DNA of 64,000 bases. Origin: Lytechinus pictus. Taxonomy: Eukaryota. The notes below the pieces were generated by a model. The model ran no database searches and was not told the DNA's origin. It saw only the letters and a program-made list of their open reading frames with translations. The stretch covers positions 24,430,001 through 24,494,000 of the forward strand of contig NC_087251.1 of the NCBI RefSeq assembly GCF_037042905.1. The letters run 5' to 3'. Positions 54,497 through 64,000 of this stretch are shown here, piece after piece. Every line of letters begins with the position of its first letter. Position 1 is the first letter of the stretch. Position numbers and translations under genes: made by a program.

Positions 54497-56156
54497 TAAA
54501 CGAATCTTGATTGGATATTATTAGTATAAACATCATGAGCAGAAGTCTTAATTATGAGAGTCATAGTTTCAGTGAGTATCTGAAAACAAAACAAACATGC
54601 AAATTATATCGTCTCATGAATACCGATGCCCATTATTTCGAAGCCTCGGAAGTTTTCTTCCGAGGCTTCCAAACAAAGTCGGAACAATCTTTGGATTGAG
54701 TAAGGGCGTGGCGCGGCGCGCATGCGGTCCGTAGATGTAGTCGGTCATTGACACGCATTCTCAAAATGAATCGCACTTTCTAAGGACGTAGCGATCTAGA
54801 CATTGGAAAGTATGGAGTACATTATCGATGTCATTGATGTGAATAAATCTATAAACTGTAAGTATAAAATGAGATTGAATTTAAATCTTTTCTTTTGACC
54901 TTTTTCATCAGTACTTGCCTTTCTGCTTCAATCGATCGCAATTCGCGCAACCGTTACGGCTGTGTGGCCGGAGAAGCATTAAATAGACATAAAATGTGGT
55001 GCATTTAGCAGCAATCTAAGCTCGTCGATATTGATATTTTCGATAGCTACCGCGCTCCGCAAGGGAGGGGGGACACCCCCCTCCCGCGACCCTCCCCCCG
55101 TGCGTGCTTCGCACGCACACCAAGGCCGCTGCGCGGCTTGCGTATCATCGCTTTGCGCCGCCAAGCGTCAGAATGAACCTGGCGAGAACGTTGGGTTCAT
55201 TAATCATTGGTGATATTAACTCTTATTACCTAAACACTGTTAAAGCATCCTCATGTATTCTTCAAAAAGTTCTGTAATTAAGCTTGGAAAATTTGAAATG
55301 ACAGCTCCCTTGTTACTCATCTATCCCTCGGATTCATAATCTTCACATAAAACAGATGAATATATTTTTCAGTCTCATCAATGAATTCAATTGAGCATCA
55401 ACATCTTCATGCTCTACAAATTCCTTGCCAAATTGAATTTGTATTTCTCTCTGTCTTAATATGCTTCGACATGATATTGTCCTTCATCTTGTCCATCTCT
55501 TTGATTTCTGATACAATATGAAAATATCCTACAATGTAAATGTGATCTGGTTATGTATCATTGGCTTCCTCCAATATGGCCTTTCCCAACAGTTATGTGG
55601 TCATGGCCTAGCACTGTCCTCTCCGCAGTGACCTTGGTGGAGTATTAATCGGGCTTAATGATAGGCATAATACATGTACAGGGATGGTTGGATTAATTGA
55701 TGACAGTCACCCGGGTCTTGGCTTACTCATCAAGTCGCTCCTAGACACAATGGCTCAGATTGCATCCAGTCTGACTGTTGATAACACACCAAGACAGGTA
55801 ATGGATGGGGCAGTTGGCGTCACATACCTCCCCCAACAGGGACTCCTCATGCTTCAAGAACGTAACATATAACTAGAACTGCAATCGTATCAGAACAATG
55901 TGAATGCATTGACGGCCGTGATTAACGAAGGGAAAGTAATAAACGCACACACAGTCAGAGGATAGGGGTATAAATAACAATTTTCATGATGTAATAAGAA
56001 CCATTTAAAAATAAGCAATTTCTAAATATAAGAGGGTGTAGCAGAGTAGCTAATATGAAAGGAGCCAGAGTTTAGTACCAAGAAAGCTATCTTATCAGTC
56101 CCAGCTCATTCAACTTCTGAAAATTAAGTCGGACTTTTAATTCATATGCACATATA

Positions 56157-56375
56157 TAGTTGTGCTCAAAAGTTTGTGAAGCAGACCATAAAATGCAGTG
56201 CTTCATGCCGAGTGTTGAATATCATGTTCAGCGAACCCAGAGAAACAAACTTTTGTCAATGTAATATTTTTTCACCGGACGTCACAATCAAATATCTAAA
56301 ACATGGCAGAACTTAAACACTTTAAATAAATATGTTCATTTTCTGGTGCGGTTCACTAAATTCTGAGCACCACTA
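56157..56375. mobile_element. Tc1/mariner-like MITE
   Basis: TA-flanked TIRs TAGTTGTGCTCAAAAGTTTGTGAA / TTCACTAAATTCTGAGCACCACTA. Confidence 0.7.
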
Positions 56376-58850
56376 TTAATGCATTTAATGCACACATATT
56401 CATCATTATGTGACATAATCAAAAAATAAAATCTCAGTAAGCGAATATATAGTCATGAAGGTATAATTGTCTCCAAGGATAACTATCAAAACCAAAACTG
56501 TAATGAACACCTTCCTTATTGCAGACTCAGCGTACAATCACTGGCGTACTTCAGTCGACTAGCTTTAATATACAGGTGTCATCCATATGCGTATCGGAAA
56601 TGAAGGCCACGCTAATTCTAAAATAGCCCGCTATCTTACTGCCAATAGTAAATTATCTTGGATGACAATGACCCCTAATTAACACCCTGGGCCATGTTCA
56701 TCCCAGCCTTGAGATTTACTCTCTCTAATTAGCCAACAACAACTCTTTACCGACCCAGGCAATGAACCTAATTATAAGTTATGCATTCCTCTGTAGAGAT
56801 ACCTTTGACAACTAGCGATCAACGTACTATTGTGCACTTGAACGCCTATAATGAGGCTATCCTTGAAAGATATCAAACCGTAAGTGCTGTTGGATGTGCT
56901 AATATAAAATGCCTTGAAAATAGAGAGGTGCAGTAATTGCAGGAAAAATCATTAATACAGAAGCTACAATACAAATAAAATCATTCAATATCTAAAGGAA
57001 ACTTGAGTCTTGGAAAAATAGTGCTTGTCTTTTACATATACCATATTTCTGAAAAAAAATCATGTAAATTATTTCTCTTATTGCAATTTGAAGAGGGTTC
57101 TTGGAATTTTTAGAACGTAATATTTTATCAAATTGTCCTCAAAATCTTATAAATTTTGCTTTCAAAATAATAAATAGAATATCATCAAATGAAAAAGTAA
57201 ATCTTAACCTTGTTCTTAAGATACAAAACATAGAAAATTCTGAGTCTAAACACATCAATGACTGGACAATAAAAGACCACTGCAAAGGTCAGTTTGTGTA
57301 ATTTGGTAGCAGATGGTCAGTTGGATATTGACCACATTGTTAAAACCCAATGCTTGGCTTATACAAACTAGTGCAATTAGAGTAATTAGACATCATACTC
57401 ATATAGATTGTTTGTAACCAATCAATTTAGCACTAACAGTATAATATCATAGACATGCAAGGTTGTCTGATAAATGAACAAATTCTACTTTTAAAGCCCA
57501 CATCAAGGGTGGTTAAAACAACTACTTATTCATTATCAAAGTTTGGATACATTATCCAATAAAACAAAGGATTATCGTAAAACACCTGTTGTAAAGATGC
57601 TGTCTAAAATATGATATACAATAAAATGTCTGAAGTGAAAAACTGGGGTACATGAAAGCTTTGCTTATTTTCTCTCTTTTACGTATAAAGCCACTTTTCA
57701 AGCATGCAATGGGATGACAGTGTTAGGATACAATCTTTGTATAAAGCTTCTGGGAAACAAATACTAGATTTATAAGGTAAATGTTTGAATGGCCTCTAAA
57801 GAAAAAATGAAAGTACTACCAAAGAGGGTTCTGCTAGTCTAGATACATGATCATTTTTTTTTTTACTAATATTCAATGACTTTTATTATAGGCCTAAAAT
57901 AGAGATTTTAATGTTACAGTTATAGTCCAATATAATTTAATCTTTAAATCATTACAAAAAATTAGACAGGCTATGTGTTCCTGTGAGCCCCAAAATAAAT
58001 TTACTATTAAGATTTGTGCGCATGTATGCTTTCATATCAAGCTAATATGGACCATGATGACAATTCCCTGCTCAGATAATTACTGACATAAATGACCACC
58101 CCCTGCAATATTCTTCATATGATTAATTTCGATAGTTTTGACTTGTTACCTTTCACTGCAGAAGAATAGAAAGGAAATTTCAAGAGAAATAGAAAATCTT
58201 TGGCCATGTAAGAATAATTGAATTTGGTGAGTAAATTTACTAAGTGCATTGGAAAATACAGCTGAAAAGCATAAGGATATACATAGTATAGAGTGTTCAT
58301 AGACTACAGGAACCAGTTTCATAGAGACTTGTTATATTATAATAACAAAATCACAATTTCTATGACAAATTTCCTATCAGCCAATCAGATTGAAGGATTT
58401 CAGTAGCTTTTGACTGTTATTAAAAATTTGTTATTATCACAAGTTTTATGTACATGTAATGGGCTCCAAGACACAAAATCCAATAAATTGATGTGCTCTT
58501 GGAACTGACAACAATGATAGAATATTGCCTTTATTCTGCCATCATATCACAAAATACTGTTGTATCCACTATAGCACTGGCAAGAATCAAATCACATAAT
58601 TTGTTAAACAAATTATTCAATTTTGGCTTTCTTCCCACTCTTAAGTTTGCATATCACTGTTTCTTGGGACTTGATTACAATTATTAGCATACTGACCATA
58701 GCCATATTTCAAAATATCCCCCAAATTAATCAGGAAGATTGCAAAATGCGATTTCCTTCAAGTTGACCCTTAAAGAACATTGAGCTTAATACTTCTGCAA
58801 TAAGCATGGCAGCTGACACCCCGTTAAATGACTTTGATCTTTTATTAAAG

Positions 58851-59079
58851 GCCCTGCCATATTGTTCCGTGCAACCTCACAGGTGAGTTGCAGGTGATTG
58901 CCCGCAACTCACCTGCAACAGTTTTGAGCATGTACAAAACTTTTCTGCATGCAAATCAGACTTGCGTGCGCTCCTGAGGGCAACTGCATGCGAGATACTG
59001 TCAAAACGGGCAGCTGAGGGTAGCAAAAAAGTCACCAGGAAGTCACACGCAAGGCTTGCATGGAACGATGTGACAGGGC
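58851..59079. mobile_element. Short MITE
   Basis: TIRs GCCCTGCCATATTGTTCC / GGAACGATGTGACAGGGC. Confidence 0.65.
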
Positions 59080-59512
59080 TTTTAAAGTCTTGAGCATATT
59101 TTTATATAAAACTTGTTATATCTGGTGCTCTATCTAGACACACTGTGCCAAAGTTCCAAAACGTTCTGCATATCAGACCAACAATTGCTCAAATCATAAC
59201 TTCATTACAATTGTCTCTCCAGCCAGAAGTTTGAACATGTACGATAATCAAAGCTTTTGATTGCATATCATTTAAAATGGTATATGTGACAGTGGCAACA
59301 ATCACAAAACACGATGAAGAAACATCTTGAAAAACAAGGTACAGGAACAAGGAAGGCTATCTGGACCAAAACAAGGCAGCTTTGAAGATTTCTACAGTGA
59401 ATTTACAATTTTATGCATCAATGCACAATTAAAATAAGAATTCCAAATTCTCTGGGATATTTTTTAATGTTTTAAATTTAATCTTCAGTTTTAACCATAG
59501 TCTAAACACTAT

Positions 59513-60642
59513 GGCCCGTATTCTGAAGTCAGGTTTAAATTAAACTCAGGTTTAAAGTTGTGGTTTAAGTAAGGACAGCCAATTGTTACATAAATCACTA
59601 ACGGTAAAGATATCATATTTCAGCTCATTTGGCTCTCAAATCATTCATAATTGTCTAGGAAGTATATATGGATTATTGTCTTCACCATCGATGAATCAGG
59701 AAAGAGCATTGTAAACATAAGAAATGTACAACTTAATAAAACATTTTGATACTTTTGGCTTCCCATACTTAACCCACAACTTTAAACCTGAGTCTAAGGC
59801 TGCGTTTATGCGACCTCAAGCTAGAATCATGATTTGAATCATGATTTAAAACACAAACATGAATCACAATATCACAGAATCAGCGTTTAGACGACCATCA
59901 TTCCAATGCTGTTTCTCCTCAGATTCGGGCCAATCCAGTGCACATCACTAGTGCGCAATTTGACAGAGGAAGTTTTTCGCACGAGTTTCGGCTCTCGAAA
60001 AATCTTTTGCTTCCAGAATTCAGTCTATACCTCATTTTGTTTACTTCTATCATATAGGGTCCTTATGCTTCTATTCATTTTGTTAGTTTATCCAAAATGG
60101 TGTTCGGAAGTGAATTTCAGAGTGGATCCAATTTAATATTGATACTGTATACTCAACAACTGAGATCATTGTCTGTCCAGTTAGAACTAGAACTTAGAAC
60201 TAGAACTTGAAGTTGAAGACATGACCAAAAAATTAAAAGTAGTGGACGATGCGATGACCAACACAGAACTTGAACATGACAAGAAATGCATGCATAATAT
60301 ATAATCATGACTTTTTATACAATGGGCATATAGAGCGCCTTGAGCTTGGCGAGAGTCAAACCGAAAGTAGCCCGACACTGTGAGCTCATAGAATCATGAT
60401 TCAAATCACAGTATCGTTTATTCGAACATTTTCGTACGTGATTCTGCAGAAACGTCTTTCCAAACGCCCCTTTTTTCGTGTTTCATATTTGTGATTCTAA
60501 TCATGATTATATTCAATTTCGACTAAACGCAATCGTGATTCTGCAGAATCATGATTTGAATCATGATTCAGATCATGATTCTAGGGTAAAAAAGTGGCGG
60601 ATAAACGCACCCTAAGTTAAACCTGACTTCAGAATACGGGCC
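59513..60642. mobile_element. MITE (GGCCCGTATTCTGAAGTCAGG TIR) hosting Harbinger-type copy B
   Basis: Perfect TIR GGCCCGTATTCTGAAGTCAGGTTTAA / TTAAACCTGACTTCAGAATACGGGCC. The right TIR region is interrupted by the 59798-60612 insertion. Confidence 0.85.
59798..60612 (-). mobile_element. PIF/Harbinger-type MITE, copy B (inverted relative to copy A)
   Basis: TAA direct repeats at 59795-59797 and 60613-60615; TIR GG(C/G)TGCGTTTAT. The ORF-track peptides 31099-31287(-) and 59906-60136(+) share LLSYRV.MLLFILLV.PKWCSEVNF.VDPI, confirming the inverted homology. Confidence 0.92.
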
Positions 60643-61832
60643 AAAGTGTTTAGACTATGGTTAAAACTGAAGATTAAATTTAAAAGTAACACGATGAAGT
60701 GCAAGTATTCTTGTATAATTTGTTCAATAAGTACAAATCGTGCAAATTGGATATTGTGGCATGTCAGCTCATGAATATTGGTAAATTCAATGTAAACAAT
60801 GTGATAAACCGCACTCAAGGGCAGTCAATATAATACCAATATGCAGGTTACCATCTGGAAAATGAAACTGTAAAACAATATTGCTAAAAAAAATTAGCAT
60901 AACATAAAATTAGCATTACATAAAATACGTACAGGGCGATGTTTCATTGTCTGCTGACAACTGTCAGCATTGACTAAAGTCAAGGTTGTTGATTGGCTGA
61001 GAAGTACTGGCCTCTGACTGTTACTACGGCAACTGCCGGAGAATTACTATTTGTTAGTGTTGATAACTTTCATGAAACGCTCATATTTTACCATTAAAAT
61101 ATCAGTTTACCATGGTTACAAACACGTTCCGTCTAAACTCACTCTCTCAATCCATCTCCCTCGACGTGAATATTCATACTCCAGCACATAAAATACACAG
61201 GAACAGCAGAAAAATCACCTCTGTAGCTTACAAAACCACCATAAAAGAATAAAGAGAGTGATTTTTTCTTATGAAAAAAAAAAAAGTGATCTCCACAGAT
61301 TTCAATGCCATAACTACTGCCAGATAATTCATCTCGATTTATTCAAAGTCTTGAATAATTCACAAATTGGATGCATGAATATAGTCTGGCCCAGGGTGGA
61401 CTCGGCAGGAATAGACCCAGCCTTGCTTGCACATGCCGCACTGTGACTGCACTTGTTATTTAGCCATCAATAGCAATAGCTAGCAGCAGGGACCATGACA
61501 AATACTGCACTGATACATTTAGAACCAATGAATAATACACAAAAGTCATTAGAGCACTTATATATACATATTCTATGTGAGTTTCGTGCATTTCTCTAAA
61601 TGCCTTATGTTAAAAAAAAGTTCTGTAAGGAGATATCTTTCTTACTTCTGTTCATTCTAAAAGATATGTAATATTAAAGCCAAAAACAATTAATTGTGAC
61701 TATTTTGCAAATTTACAGGGACTACTTTTCACAATTAGAGAGCAGATCGCCCTCAGCCCTCCTGTACGTCTTTCACTTACTGGCCTTCAGAGGCCCCATG
61801 CAACAGCATTACAAAAAGTGGGTACTATTTAA

Positions 61833-62310
61833 AGGTCAAGTCCACCCCAGGAAAATGCTGACTTTAATAAATAGAGAAAAATCAAACTAGCATAGTGCTG
61901 AAAATTTCATCAAAATCGGATGTAAAATAAGAAAGTTATGACATATTAGAATTTTGCTTATTTTTCACAAAACAGTGATATTCACAACTAGTTGAGTCAG
62001 CCGATGATGTCCACCACTCACTATTTCTTTTGTTTTTTATTGTTTGAATTATACAATATTTCATTTTTTATAGATTTGACAATAAGGACCAACTTGACTG
62101 AACCATATAATATTAAACAATGCTAATTCCACATGTTCAGGGAGGAATTAATCGTTGTATCACTTGGCAATGAGGAGAAAATTAGAATATTTCATATTTC
62201 ATATAATAAAATACAAAGGAAATAGTGAGTGGATGGCGTCATAGTCTCCTCATTTGCATACCAGCCAGGATGTGCATATAACTGTTTTGTGAAATTAAGC
62301 GAAACTTTAA
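61833..62310. mobile_element. Kolobok-like MITE copy 3, right end missing
   Basis: TTAA|AGGTCAAGTCCACCCC start. Colinear with 46977-47550 until an internal TTAA at 62307-62310, where a different element begins. Confidence 0.85.
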
Positions 62311-62774
62311 CCCTAATTCTCCCGGGGGGGGGGGGGGGGGCCATAATGAATACAAAGAATATTTTAACCAAAAATTAGCATTCTAGGAGCTTTATTTAGT
62401 GAATTAGAGCAAAAAGTATGATTTATGCATAAATTAGCACAATTAATTCATATAAAATAAAATCTCATTATTTTGGAAAATTTTACCATACAGCCTTGTA
62501 GATTACATCGCACACAACCAGCATGCAAATTTTTGCGTCGCTCGAGCGATCAGCGGCCGAGATCTTAAGGGGGGGCCATAATGGCCCGGGAATGACAAGA
62601 ATCAAAATACCGGAATCGCGTACCCGGGCGTCGTAAATTTGGTCTCAAAAGATGCGCGAGACTTAAAAGTATAAACTCTGCGAGTGGCGCGGTCAAAAAA
62701 TTTTGCGCGGCGCAATGATCGCAGAAAATGTTGAGGGGGGGGGTTGATTCAACCCCCCCCCGGCCATTTTAGGG
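62311..62774. mobile_element. piggyBac-like MITE
   Basis: TTAA|CCCTAA...CCGGGGGG and CCCCCCGGCCATTTTAGGG|TTAA. CCC/GGG termini at TTAA are typical of piggyBac. Confidence 0.75.
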
Positions 62775-62783
62775 TTAAATCTA

Positions 62784-63086
<303 letters not shown>

Positions 63087-63768
63087 TTAGAATTTGTTAG
63101 CCATTCCTCCAAGGGTTTTAGGAGTACTGTAGAATTGATGCAACTGCTTGGTATAGCACTTGTTATTTACTTCTACGTGTTGCTATTGATTCCTTTATTC
63201 AGATGATACTAGAAATCTTATCAAAACGGCTGTAAATAAACATGAATACAAAATGTATTCAAAGCCTCCGTCACTGTCAGATATAAATCATTTAATTTCA
63301 AGGATAAAAAAAAAACTTGTATAATTCTAGTCATATAACGGTTACTCTCATAAGCATACAAGATTCAAAAGAATACATAGTTATTCATTGGATACTGAAA
63401 CTCATGACTTAAGAATCCATGCAGTCAAAGAGCTTTAATGAATGGAAGAGGATACTTTCATATCAGTTATCAATATCAGAAGAAGAAATCTTCCGAGCAC
63501 TACTGATCCTGGAATTAGAAAGATTATAAGCAGATCGAATGGATCATTGACTAAAATAATAGAAACCTGAGTCACAAAAACTTATGAATATGACGACCTC
63601 ATCATTGTATTAGCAATGGAAAATTGATTGTAATTGATTGCTGACCCATAATGTCAAAGTTACAAAATTGTAAATCCTTTAATCAGGACCAAGATCCACA
63701 ATTGACAATAGACCAACAAAATTAGCCCATTAAGGACAAGCTACAGTGAGAGTGGAATTAGAACTGAC

Positions 63769-63863
63769 CTTGTCTGAAAACCAGCTACCATATCCCTGCG
63801 ATCTGAGATCTTAGATGAACCATCCAGTCTCATGTAGGTGTGTTTACGATGCCATAAGAATTC
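63769..63863 (-). CDS. INO80: INO80 exon A (95 bp, phase 0 to 2), helicase C-lobe; gene continues beyond the right edge
   Basis: Acceptor ctcatatcag|GAA and donor AG|gtcagt. Reads [31 protein letters not shown](R); compare human [32 protein letters not shown]. Confidence 0.97.
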
Positions 63864-64000
63864 CTGATATGAGAAAGAAATAAGCAGAGAAAAGTCAATT
63901 TTAGTTGTTTGTTTTTTCTGTCAAAATTGGTGTCTACGTAAATTTGAGTAAGTCCTGCGTCATCACTCTCAGGGTTGAGAGTCATTTGTCCCACTATGTG

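Larger units (their letters stand above)
51568..55193. mobile_element. 3.6-kb non-autonomous DNA transposon with 12-bp TIRs and apparent 4-bp TSD
   Basis: CAACGTTCTCGC at 51568-51579 and GCGAGAACGTTG at 55182-55193, flanked by GGTT (51564-51567, 55194-55197). Interior is markedly more CpG-rich than the flanks. No transposase ORF. Confidence 0.75.

Noticed and set aside
55684..55872. 62-aa ORF with protein-like composition
   Set aside because: Short, with no recognisable family or splice context.
63476..63606. Possible intronic C/D snoRNA (ATGATGA...CTGA on the minus strand)
   Set aside because: Terminal stem is weak and no rRNA guide was recognised.

Overview
AT-rich eukaryotic genomic DNA, probably echinoderm/sea urchin. 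That assignment is an inference from base composition, intron architecture and repeat families. The window holds the 3' part of the INO80 chromatin-remodeller ATPase gene on the minus strand. Seven GT-AG exons splice in frame and encode the C-terminal helicase lobe and the C-terminal tail: 63863-63769, 63051-62820, 39037-38935, 37471-37380, 37008-36892, 12066-11937 and 4878-4678. The terminal exon is uncertain, near 4.0-4.2 kb. The ORF track caught only fragments of these exons; its other ORFs look spurious. Three 3' introns are greatly enlarged (23.8, 24.8 and 7.1 kb). They contain many non-autonomous DNA transposons (Kolobok-, piggyBac-, Harbinger-, hAT-, Mutator-, Tc1- and Helentron/HINE-like), often nested, plus a series of apparently non-repetitive GC/CpG-richer islands with clustered transcription-factor motifs. 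Main hypotheses: (1) these introns are an enhancer array for a Delta-family gene lying beyond the left edge, because INO80 neighbours DLL4 in human and Delta in Drosophila, and two islands carry Ets/Hes(/Runx) motif clusters; (2) an inverted pair of ~0.8-kb MITEs brackets a 312-nt, phase-0-to-phase-0, three-exon block that could back-splice into a stop-free circRNA.
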